Positions 1 to 10,458 of a stretch of 64,000 bases of DNA are shown piece after piece (positions within the stretch are counted from its first letter, which is position 1; every line of letters starts with the position of its first letter). Location: the NCBI RefSeq assembly GCF_006345805.1, contig NC_043006.1, positions 68,696,001 to 68,760,000 on the forward strand. The letters are read 5' to 3'. Made by a program: the position numbers and the translations under genes. The stretch comes from Octopus sinensis. Its lineage: Eukaryota. The notes beneath the pieces were generated by a model. It worked only from the letters and a program-made list of their open reading frames with translations, made no database searches and was not told the origin of the DNA.

Positions 1-78
1 ACTCTGGAAAATATTTTAAAGGCAATATCCTTTACTGGGAGAGGATGGGGTGTGTATGACACTATGAGTAATATTTAA

Positions 79-298
79 CCCTTTAACATTTAAATCAGCC
101 ATACCGGGCCCAAATATTCTACTTGTTTTATGTTCAAACTGGCCAGATCCAAACTCTCACACCTATCCTGCAATGTCAGATTAAAAATAAACAATCACAT
201 CACTGAAATCTTCAAACTATGATATAATGCATGACTAATTCAAAACAATGTGAATAAATAAACTTTACATTTGACAGGGTAACCTGAATGCTAAAGGG
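79..298. mobile_element. piggyBac-like MITE (~220 bp)
   Basis: Termini CCCTTTAACATTT / GAATGCTAAAGGG form TIRs, flanked by TTAA (75-78) and TCAA. The same internal sequence recurs at 11.8 and 13.5 kb. Confidence 0.7.
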
Positions 299-445
299 TC
301 AAAACAGAGGACGGGGCAAAAGTCCAAACACAATATGTAAAACACAAGGACCACCATCAGGGACATTGGTGACATTTGTGCCGCCACCTTTGTGACTCAA
401 TATAGACAGGTGGTAAGCATAGATGTAACCTTTAGTGACATGTAG

Positions 446-1000
446 TTGGGTGCAATCACTATTAATACACTGGTCCTCATGACTTTGCAAGATCACAAAT
501 CAATACTGTGTCTCATAGAAGGTGTTGAGTGGAAGAAAACGTTCAGTATTCACAACAAACAGCCCAGCTGTTACACAGGTGGAAGCAAAACTCATCTAAA
601 AATGTTCTGTACAGAAAATCCAAAACAAAAGGCATCTATCACAAATCAAGTAAGTTTTAGTCCTAGGATAGCACCAGACACAACTCATGAGTTAGCAAAT
701 GAAATTATCCTATCCTTATTACCAAGAGTAAACCATGATAACCTAAAGCCTCCTCCCCCAGACACAAACAGTATAGCTGAGTCATCCATAGTAACAACTA
801 CAATAGCTAAGATCTAACAACCAGGAAGTACTCCCTCATTGCATTACTACTCCATCCACTTATGAGGAGAGGGGAACAGACAGTGGCCAATGGGATCAAA
901 CAGACTCCCTAAGAAAAAAAGCCATTCTTGTTTGTGAGGTTCGCTTTCCTGTGATTAATTGTATAAGTACTTCTTTCTAGGTTTTGCTCTTCCACAAGTT
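446..1000 (+). pseudogene. Possible degenerate RNase H region of an I-group LINE
   Basis: ORF 446-817 contains CYTGGSK (cf. YTDGSK) and PKQKASIT (cf. LPxKASIF). Weak, by-eye similarity only. Confidence 0.3.
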
Positions 1001-1329
1001 CCAACCACTTCAAGGACTCAGTATTTCTTTATACAACAAACACCTTTCATACATAGCACATGCATCCACCAGAGCAGGTAGGTAGAAAACAGAGAGGCAA
1101 GACACACAAGCACTACCAACAGAAATGTAAAAAGAGGTAGATATATGCTATCTCCTACCAAGCATATCCATGTCTCATTTCCAACCAGAGCTGCACTTCA
1201 TGGATTTGGATGTACAGTTAACAAAGTATCCAGAAATGAAAGAGTGTCATGATTGGCTTCACTGGATAATCTAGAGAAAGTGAGCAAGTGGTGATTATCT
1301 AATTGACTTGCATTTGGTCTTTGCCCTCT

Positions 1330-1470
1330 CCATTTTCTCACTTGTCTTTCTGTAGAAGAGTGTATGCTTGGAAATATAACAGAATTTTTCTTCTATTTTT
1401 CCTGAGCATAAATATAATAGACTCTGTATGTTTTTTTTTTACTTTGTCCTCATGATTTTTATTTTCATTT
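1330..1470 (+). mobile_element. Decayed copy of the PLE-type terminal repeat carrying the CTGTWGAA hammerhead-like core
   Basis: ctttCTGTAGAagagtgtatgcttGGAAatata plus downstream cctgagc matches the better copies at 25.9, 36.6 and 48.2 kb. Confidence 0.5.
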
Positions 1471-1499
1471 TTGCATCATATGTGTGTATGTGTGTACAA

Positions 1500-2030
1500 A
1501 AGTACGGATTTGGTTGTGCGGTCAATAACTTTGCTTCACATTTCCATGGCTTCCAATTCATTTCCACAACATGGCACCTTAGGCAAGTGTCTTCTCTTAT
1601 AGTGCCAAGTTAACAGAAGCTTTGTAAATGAATCTGGTAGACAGAAACTGAAAAGAAGCTTATCGTACATAAATACACACATGCATATATATATATACAC
1701 ACACACATGTATTGTATATATACATACATATGTATATAAATACACACACATGCACATGTAAATATCATGTGTGTAAGTGTGTGTGCATGCATATGCCTAA
1801 CGGTATGTGTCTCTTTGTCCTGATTACACTGATTACAAGCAAACTTCACTGTTGTATGAGCAGTGGTGTCTGTTAATGTTCTTTGAAAAACAATCCAGAC
1901 CAAGGGGAAAAAAATATATACTTGCTTAGAACAAGTGGAGATTGGTGACAGGAAGAGTATCTGACCAAAGAAAATCTGCCTCTACAAATCTCATCTGACC
2001 CATGCAAGCATGGAAAAGTAGATATCAAAA
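1500..2030 (+). mobile_element. tRNA-derived SINE-A head with alternative RTE-like tail
   Basis: Head and accttaggcaagtgtcttct motif as in SINE-A, but ends ...ccatgcaagcatggaaaagtagatatcaaaatg, like the RTE 3' end. A similar copy lies at 17570-17960. Confidence 0.6.
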
Positions 2031-2038
2031 TGCATATC

Positions 2039-2212
2039 AGGACAATTAGCCCGCTAGGACAATCACCCCTTCATTACAACTATCCCCTAGGACAATTACC
2101 CCCCTCAGTTAACTACTCCCTCTCCAATATATTAAGAAGTTTTAAATCATCATCTGTTGTCCTGGGGAGTAATTGTCCATGGATGGGGGGGGGGAGATTA
2201 AATGTCCTAGAT
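2039..2212. repeat. Small element with repeated AGGACAAT motifs and inverted ATTGTCC/ATGTCCT copies
   Basis: aggacaat x3 at the left and attgtcc/aatgtcct at the right; MITE-like. Confidence 0.4.
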
Positions 2213-2244
2213 TCATTAAAATGATGATCATGATGATGTAGGTA

Positions 2245-2620
2245 CAGGTGTGGATGTGTGGTAAGAAGTTTGCTTCCCAACCACACGGTTCTAGGTTCAA
2301 TCCCACTGCATGGCACCTTAGGCAAGTGTCTTCTACAATAGCCTCAAGCTAGCCAAAGCTTTGTTAGTGGGTTTGGTAGAGGGTACTGAAAGAAGTCCAT
2401 CATGTGTGTGTGTGTCTTTGTCATGGTTTGTCCTACACCACTGCTTGACAACTGGAGTGGGTATGTTTATAGTGTTTACATCCCTGTAACTTAGCAGTTC
2501 AATAAAAAAAAAAAAAAACCAATAGAATAAGTACCAAGTTTAAAAAATGCTACTCTGAACCAACAAGTACTGGAGTCAATTCAGTCAACTGCATGGCTAC
2601 AGTCTAATGACTGAAACAAG
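2245..2620 (+). mobile_element. SINE-A (tRNA head, CORE-like motif, internal microsatellite, CR1-like tail), CpG-decayed
   Basis: Matches the intact copies at 25581 and 27690; ends gtctaatgactgaaacaagtaaaagataaaa. Confidence 0.8.
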
Positions 2621-2801
2621 TAAAAGATAAAATTACATATATATATAATGTGAAATAGAAAGATGAATAATCTTGTAGTAGATTAATCAAAAGTTTAACC
2701 GATACCTTAGTAGCAAAAATCACAGCAGTAAACAGCACGGTTGGAGGTACAACCATCTGGCGTTGCAACCGTGCGTTGGTGCGGATAATTGAAATTAAAA
2801 C

Positions 2802-2993
2802 ATTATTGGTGAATTGAAGAAATGGAGCTGAACGCAGATTGAACAGAAATCGTTTTATTTCATTCTACACGTGTTTCGAAAGGCACAAATTACCAAAATC
2901 GGATTTTGGTAATTTGTGCCTTTCGAAACACGTGTAGAATGAAATAAAACGATTTCTGTTCAATCTGCGTTCAGCTCCATTTCTTCAATTCAC

Positions 2994-3000
<7 letters not shown>
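2802..3000. repeat. Perfect 199-bp palindrome (99-bp arms, 1-nt spacer), PLE-terminus-like
   Basis: 2802-2900 is the exact reverse complement of 2902-3000. Contains cGAAAcacgtgTA, the 3' half of a hammerhead. Confidence 0.9.
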
Positions 3001-3025
<25 letters not shown>

Positions 3026-3189
3026 AGTATATATAACTATACTAATACTAATAATAATAAGTAACAGTAAAAGAATGAGACCTCGATATTAGATAAATAG
3101 AGGAATATTTATATACGTTATAATTTAGAACAAACAGTAAAAAGTTGTCATTATATTACTCGGAGTTTCGATGGCATCTGTTGCCATTA

Positions 3190-3248
3190 ATAGCTGACGA
3201 GAATGCATCGTAGCTCTTCGCTCCAACATTTGAAACTCTGAGTACTAT
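3190..3248 (+). ncRNA. Type I hammerhead ribozyme motif (PLE-type)
   Basis: atag-CTGACGA-gaatg...cattt-GAAA-ctc.t.gag-TA-ctat. All three stems pair and the cleavage triplet is GUA. Lies inside an imperfect inverted repeat at ~3119-3274. Confidence 0.65.
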
Positions 3249-3399
3249 AATGACAACATTTTACTATTTGTTCTAAATTAAAATACACACATATATATAT
3301 AAACCATATATATACACACACACATGCACACAAACATGCATGTAAGCACACTCATTTCATGTGGAAGAACTATTTTCTGCTTCCTTATCCAGTATGTGT

Positions 3400-4030
3400 A
3401 TCACTATACAATTGCGATATGTCTCCAGCTCCCTCTAGTTCTTATTCTAAAGTCAGTAATCACTGGTGTATATTGCGAGAGAAATTCTTCACCTGGGAAA
3501 TGATTTAGTATTCACAGCCATCTATGTATTCTGTTCCTGGGTGAGTATGAAGTTTAACTGACTCATGTGTTTTCCTGATTGGCTGTTGAACAGGTGGATA
3601 GACAGTTTCTTGAAGGTAATAACGTGACTAATAGTTCAGTCATTTGTATATATAAAAACACAAGGAATTTTGATACTCATTTCTTGAGCCACATCCATGA
3701 TCTCCATGTACAATGGAACAGCTTCTGCAGTGTTGTCCAACATGTCCCATATCATCACCAGCCACATTAATAAGATCACTGTCATTCTTTACTGAGGTGG
3801 TCTACAAGAGAACTGCATAAAAATGGCTGCTCATTTGTTAGTCCTGATCATGGTGTATATGCAGAAATAACTGTTGCTTGCTTTGTTAATACAATTGGTT
3901 CAAATTTAAGCTTTATTCTGCTAAATACCCTGATTATCTCAGCTACTTTATTTCTTTGCATCCACTAACTTTGCATCCACTGTTACCAAACCAGAATAAT
4001 TTGGGCTCTTAGCCCATGTGGAATCCAGCT
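3400..4030 (-). pseudogene. Degenerate RTE LINE AP-endonuclease fragment
   Basis: Minus strand reads ...ATVISAYTP*SGL...TTSVKNDSDLINVAGDDMGHVGQH...VHGDHGCGSRNE (cf. SAYAPQ, GDFNGHVG, VHGGxGxGxRN). Confidence 0.75.
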
Positions 4031-4052
4031 GATTACATCAATTTGCCTTTAT

Positions 4053-4079
<27 letters not shown>

Positions 4080-4095
<16 letters not shown>

Positions 4096-4271
4096 TAAGG
4101 TAGTTCTCTATTTAAGAGATGAGGAATTATGTACATTATTTACAATTGATGGATATTTGTCCTCATCTTGTTTGTTGTTAACACGTTTCAGCTGATATAC
4201 CCTCCAGACTTCATCAGGTGTCTTGGGGAAATTTCGAACATGGGTTCTCATTCCTAAAGTATTTTTCGATG

Positions 4272-4307
<36 letters not shown>

Positions 4308-4377
4308 TCACTGCCTGGAATCAAACTTGGAATCTTGGGGTTAGTAGCCCGCGTTCTTAACCACTATGCCATATGCC
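4080..4377 (-). mobile_element. tRNA-headed, hammerhead-bearing short element (left arm of inverted dimer)
   Basis: Reverse complement of 4394-4640: A/B-box head, (AAT/AAC)n linker, CTGATGA...GAAA core. Confidence 0.75.
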
Positions 4378-4393
4378 TGTAGGTTAGGGTTAG

Positions 4394-4640
4394 GGCATAT
4401 GGCGTAGTGGTTAAGAGCGCGGGCTACTAACCCCAAGATTCCAAGTTCAATTCTAGGCAGTGACCTGTATAATAATGATAATAACAACAACAACAACAAC
4501 ATCGAAAAATACCTTAGGAATGAGAACCCACGTTCGAAATTTCCCCAAGACACCTGATGAAGGCTGGAGGGTATATCAGCTGAAACATGTTAACAACAAA
4601 CAAGATAAGGACAAATATCCATCAATTGTAAATAATGTAT
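4394..4640 (+). mobile_element. tRNA-headed, hammerhead-bearing short element (right arm)
   Basis: Head ggcatatggcgtagtggttaagagcgcgggctactaaccccaagattccaagttcaattc; gacacCTGATGAaggctg...cagctGAAA at 4549-4585. Confidence 0.75.
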
Positions 4641-5204
4641 ATATAAGGCAGTATTCCAGAATGGCCACAGTCAAATGACTTAAACTATATACATATATAT
4701 ACACACACACACACACATACAATCCTTCCAGACCTACCTTTCATTGGCAGCTCTAAAGTTTTGTACCTGACAGGAAGAAGAGATTGGGTTTCTGATAGTT
4801 GGTGGATTGTTTGATATATATGTTAACAAGGCAGGCTTGATGAGGTCTGGTAAGGCTGACACAAGTCCAGGGTTGTCTCCTTGTCTTTCAGAGATAGATT
4901 TCTTTTGGTCTGGAAGTTGTCTTGCTTTTACTGTGTGATTTATCAACAATTCTTTTTGCTTTCTTTCCCCAACTCAGAATGAAGTTTCAGATAATTAAGA
5001 ATGTTCAGGGCACCTCATTTAGCACATAATCATCTTTTAAAGCCATGAGCCTGATAAGGAAATACTTGGAGATGTATAAGGCTGGTAGAGATGAGATAAC
5101 TTACTTTGAATAATTATTTCTTATATTATATACATATATTTATGATTGTGTGTACATGTACATATATACACACATACACATGTGCATGCACACACTACAC
5201 ATAC

Positions 5205-5590
5205 ATACAATCTTTTACTCTTTTACTTGTTTCAGTCATTGGACTACGTCCACGCTTGGGCACAGCCTTGAAGGATTTAGTCAAAGAAATCAACCCCAGA
5301 ATTTGATTTTAAGTTTGGTACTTATTCTATCAGTCTCTTTTGCCATACTGCTAAGCGGATATAAACAAACAAACACTGGCTGTCAAGCAGTGGGGGCACA
5401 AATGCAACACATGCATGCACATACAGACACACACACACATACACACAATGGGCTTCTACACAGTTTCCATTTACCAAAATCACTCACAAGGCATTGTTTA
5501 GACTGGAGCTGTAACAGAAGACATCTCCCCAAGGACTGAACCTGAAACCATGTGGTTGTGAAGTGAACTTCTTAACCATGCAGCCATGCC
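5205..5590 (-). mobile_element. SINE-A, CpG-decayed
   Basis: Reverse complement of the SINE-A tail (cttttacttgtttcagtcatt...) through to the head. Confidence 0.8.
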
Positions 5591-5654
5591 TATATTTGTA
5601 AAATCTCTGTGCCCTGGGTGAAGTACATACGTGTGCATGAGGTGGAGGTATATT

Positions 5655-5699
5655 AAATACTATACAACATAAATAAAAAATTTATGTTGTATAGTATTT
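5655..5699. repeat. Perfect 20-bp hairpin with 5-nt loop
   Basis: aaatactatacaacataaat-aaaaa-atttatgttgtatagtattt. Confidence 0.85.
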
Positions 5700-6608
5700 G
5701 GTATATCTGTATTTGTCTATGTTGTTGAAATACATGCTGCTGGCCATTCGTAGTTATTTCTCTTACCACATTTTCATTTACATTATGCAAGTTACCTCAG
5801 CCATAAATGTGTTTCACTCTTTTTTGTATATGCCTATGTGCCTTAGTCACTGGACATAAGGTTGGACAATCGGTATGCAGATGACATCTATCAAGGCAGA
5901 AACATGTCTCTATGACTGTCCTCTTATCTTTAGACAATAATTATGTCCTTTTTTAATGGTATCTCAGATTTGGAGACTTCTTGAGTGAGATCATCTCCCC
6001 GTCACACACACAGCTGGTTTTAATTGCTATTTGGTAATTATGATATATCCTCTAGAGGCAGAAATGTAATAAATCAAGAATTTATGCAGTTTAGTATGTG
6101 TGTGTGCGCATGTATTTGATAATTTTATTGATAGTGACTTCGAAGATTCACCACTCGTTGGCTTCATCAAAGTTGATGAGTGTTGTAACTGTGAAGTACT
6201 GTGATTAAAATTAATTAAATAATTAATCAAAATTATAAGCATCAGGCTCTACACCTGGAAAAGCCTTTATTCACCTAATGTTAACAATTGTTACATATAT
6301 AAAAATGCTAAATTTTTAGCTAGGTGTGTGTGTAATGTACATATGTATGTGGATATACACATACACACATATAAATGCATTCTACACACACACACATTAT
6401 ATCACAATGGTGTCAGTAGTTACAAGTTTCAAACGGGTCAGTCACTATTTTACAAGATTCGGGATGGAGAAAGTAACAAGGGTGTACCTGCAACTCGATG
6501 CCAAACAAACATTGTGAGGGACTTCATGCGATAAGAACCAGTTTTTAAGCTTTCTCAATGTTTATAATTTCCCCTGCATGCAACATACAACATTGATGTG
6601 TTTGTGTG

Positions 6609-6655
<47 letters not shown>

Positions 6656-6989
6656 CGGGCTACAGAGCAGTTTTCGTCCTCCGAATTCTGTTCTCAATGT
6701 AGTGGTCAGCCAAACTCTACAGTAGCAGGCACTTCCCCAAATGTATACGGGACACACGTATTTATAGATGTACATACCTACATACATAATGGAAACGTAC
6801 ATATCGTACACACATACACATAGATAGATATAACCGGCTTGTGTTCTTGCTGTATGTATATGAACATTATGAATAATGATAATAATAACGACAACAACAA
6901 CGCATGAATCTCACAACACAACACTTATCCATAATTACTATACACGAATGTAACAGATCGTATACACATAAGCCCAATCATGAATGTAT

Positions 6990-8304
6990 AACACACCCAC
7001 ACACACATATCATACAACGGTTTGGCAATAAATGAGGCAAGAATTCCGCCCAAACAGGAGAAGATTGTAGCCGTTTGGCGTGGACAAAACAAGGTTTGAG
7101 GATAGGATATATATATGACTATTTCTGAGGGTTTATGGTAGAGCCCCGCAACCTTCCAATTAACGAGGGACTTACACACATGAGAGGAGCGGCAGTCAAT
7201 CAGATACTTTGGATTCGGCATTTTTTTTTTATTTCTTGTCATTTCTTCCCGTTCGAATGCCAAAAACATGTAATAGGTGGCCAAAAGTCGGGGATTATTT
7301 TGACGAGTGTGCCACATTATGAAATAAACCCCGACTTACCGTCCGCTCACTGTAAGCTGACGTGTGCCCACATAAAACGGTATATTTTTTTAATTACAAT
7401 TAATAAGAATGGAAAGAATTGGGTTGACTTCACAATATTCTGGTGGGTTTTTTTCCGCAACACTAATACAAAACAAAGATAATTGATTATAGAAGCAATG
7501 ATATTTAGCGAAAGGAAATGTCCTAAAACACTCAATGATCGAATGATTATGAAATTAAAAATTACATCAAAATATGGTAAAATTGAGGAATAATTGGGGG
7601 TAAAAAAACAGGGAAAACAAAATCGTCCAATTTCCATTCTTGTAAATATTGTAAAATAAATGCTGAAATTTAAAAGTTAAATCGCAGCAAGCTTAATTAA
7701 AAACAGAATTAAATATCTACTTTATGGTAGCAAGTGCGATTTATGTGTGAGTGCGCGTGTATAATATATATATATATGTGTGTGTGTATATATATATATA
7801 CATATATATATATATAATGTATGTGTGAGTGTGTGTAATGTGTGAAGAGAAAGAAATAGATACATACATGATAGATAGATCTCTATATGTATATATATAT
7901 ATATTAAATAGGAAAATATGAATTATCATTATACTCACATTTGTATACATTCTCAATTGAAATATCCCATGGCAAACAACGTGTATATAAACACAGATGT
8001 ATATATATTATAGAATTATATATAAGAGTGCATACTTGGGTGATGTATATAACCACGTTATAAATATATATATATGTATGTATGTATATATATATATATA
8101 TAAAGGTGTTAATGTTGACCGGGGTATATGAGATGCCGGAAATGTGAAGCTAGTAGGACAGATGTTGTAGTTAAAAGAGGCAGCAACTGTGGTGTATGGT
8201 GTTTAGCAACAGAGGTAATACAACTGAGTTGTGTATACAGAGAGAGAGAGAGAGGAGGCGGAGGAGGAGAAGTCCGTCACCAACACCGCTGCTACTGTAA
8301 CAAC

Positions 8305-8336
<32 letters not shown>

Positions 8337-8420
8337 CTGCTGTGGATATGCGCGCGCGCGTGTGTGTGTGTGTGTGTGTAAGCAATATCTCCGTCACCAC
8401 TATCGCTGCTGCTGTCGCCG
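6990..8420. promoter_or_regulatory. CpG-retaining promoter-like island
   Basis: Non-TE sequence with many intact CpGs between CpG-depleted flanks. ETS-like GCCGGAAAT at ~8137; two strong minus-strand GTAAGT donors (7339, 7175). Confidence 0.4.
7176..7221 (-). CDS. Candidate first coding exon, MPNPKYLIDCRSSHV (unidentified protein)
   Basis: A-rich start context (aaaaATG at 7221), 46 nt open to a consensus GTAAGT donor at 7175. No downstream exon or homology could be established. Confidence 0.25.
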
Positions 8421-8680
8421 ACACTGTCGTTGATAGCTGCACCACCAACCTTCACCACCACCACCACCACCACCACCACCATTATCACTTCGCACATTAC
8501 CACCACCACCACTACTACTACTACTACAATAACATTTCACAGAAATTACCACCGCCGCCGCCACCACCACCACCACCGCCGCCGCCGCCACCACCACCAC
8601 CACCACCACCACCACCACCACCATCACTACTATTACTATAACATTTCACAGAAATTGCCACTACCACCACAACCACCACC

Positions 8681-8731
<51 letters not shown>

Positions 8732-8960
8732 GCTACAACAACAACAACAACAACATTTCACACGTTTCCATTACCACCACCACCGCCCTCACTACAACTA
8801 CCCCATCACCACCACCACCACCACTACCACTACCATCACCGCCACTACGCCCACCCCAACACCACTGTCTTTTCGCAGCAGCATCACTGCTACCATTGCA
8901 TACACCACTATCAGTACACTCATCTTCACTACAACTAACTCACAGCACCACTTCTACCAT
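8400..8960 (+). repeat. Compound (CCA)n/(CTA)n/(CCG)n microsatellite with ~110-bp higher-order repeat
   Basis: AACATTTCACAGAAATT at 8531 and 8640, with a variant at 8752. Confidence 0.8.
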
Positions 8961-9469
8961 CGCCCCCCCTCCCCACACCTCCTCTGCTTGTTGCTGCAAA
9001 GAAACCTCTACATGTCCCTTGTCTTGAGAAAAATAACAGCCAAATCGCCCTCATATTGTACATGAGTGTCTGAAGAATGAACACTGAGGACAATGTTGTG
9101 TTGGGGTTCCCCACACATGGGATGGTCATGGTTGAAATGTTTCATCCTTGTGCCATTCAGTTAGTGTTGAACTGGGGTTAAACATCACCAACTACACCCA
9201 GCAGAAACTATTACCACCACCACCACCACCACCACTGCTGCCACCACTACTACCATCACTGCCACCACCCCTACCATTACCACTATAACCACTACTACTA
9301 CTACTATCACTACTACCACCGCCACAATCACCACCACCATCACCACTACCATCGTTATACACCTGCAATTTACTGAATGGAGTTCCATGGGAGATCTGTC
9401 CTCTCTCCCACTCTTTTTAACATATATCTACACAACTTTCCACACTTCAACAAAATACACACACATATG

Positions 9470-9630
9470 TGTGTGACCCCGTCACTTAGCGGTTCGGCAA
9501 AAAGAGACTGATAGAATAAGTACTGGGCTTACAAAGAATAAGTCCCGGGGTCGAGTTGCTCCACTAAAGGCGGTGCCCCAGCATGGCCGCAGTCAAATGA
9601 CTGAAACAAGTAAAAGAGAGTAAAAGAGAG
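9470..9630 (+). mobile_element. SINE-A 3' half
   Basis: ccccgtcacttagcggttcggcaaaagag...ggcggtgccccagcatggccgcagtcaaatgactgaaacaagtaaaagag. Confidence 0.85.
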
Positions 9631-9845
9631 TATATACACACATATACACACAAATACATACACAGACATGAACACACACACACACACACACACACTCAGG
9701 CACATGCGTACGTACATACACATACCCACACATACACACAATCATACATAGACGACATTACACTCACAAATTCTCACCATTCTCTAGACACTGCCACATG
9801 ACTTCTTAAACCTTATATAAATCACTTGGAAATCTGGTTCCAAGA

Positions 9846-10272
9846 CAGCGAGCTGGCAGAAACGTTAGCACACCGGGCGAAATGCTTAGCAGTATTTTGT
9901 GTCATTATGTTCAGAGTTCAAATTCTGCCGAGGTCAACTTTACCTTTCATCCTTTCGGGGTTAATAAATTAAGTACCAGTTGTGCACTGGAGTCGATGTA
10001 ATCGACTTAATCCTTTTGTCTGTCCTTGTTTGTCCCCTCTATGTTTAGTCCCTTGTGGGCAATAAAGAAATAAGAAACGTTAGCACGCTGGGCAAAGTGC
10101 TTAGCAGTATTTAGTCTGTCTTTATGTCCTGAGTTCAAATTCTACTGAGGTCGATTTTGCCTTTCATCCTTTCAGGGTCGATAAATTAAGTAACAGTTGC
10201 ATACTGAAGTCGATCTAATTGACTGGCCCTCTCCCCCAAAATTTCAGGCCTTGTGCCTAGAGTAGAAAAGAA
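9846..10272 (+). mobile_element. SINE-B head-to-tail dimer
   Basis: Two units with tRNA-like head (gcgagctggcagaaacgttagc...gagttcaaattc) and central gcctttcatcctttcggggtcgataaattaagtaccag domain. The two units have different 3' tails. Confidence 0.85.
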
Positions 10273-10458
10273 TATGGTTCCATAACAGCATTCTTTAAAA
10301 ATATACTTACCAAGTAATCCAGTTTCCTTTCTTACCAATATTACCAAAAAACATAAAAATTTAGACAACCCTTACACTCAATGACGTAAACATTCACATG
10401 CACATGCAAGCACACACACACACATATGCATGCTCGCGCACACATACAAACACACACA

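Noticed and set aside
4394-4465. tRNA gene candidates (also 25581, 32050-32118, 32230-32305)
   Set aside because: A/B boxes are present but there is no complete cloverleaf, and each continues into a repeated SINE body, so they are SINE heads.
4774-4849. Possible exon EEEIGFLIVGGLFDIYVNKAGLMRS (+), or the overlapping minus ORF 4734-4949
   Set aside because: Splice-like sites exist on both strands, polypyrimidine tracts are weak, there is no recognisable homology, and no partner exon was found.
6423-6540. Minus-strand exon continuing the MPNPK... exon
   Set aside because: In the required phase (1) the frame hits a stop after ~12 codons, and the sites are ambiguous.
8990-9190. Unique-looking sequence with ORF 8935-9129
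   Set aside because: Shares aaataacagccaaat...gatggtcatgg...ctgggg..aaaca motifs with the repeat at ~24930-25110, so it is probably a decayed interspersed repeat.
8128-9388. Long ORFs such as 8430-9065 (211 aa) and 8231-8641
   Set aside because: Poly-T/H/P/L peptides come from stop-free trinucleotide microsatellites and are open in several frames on both strands.
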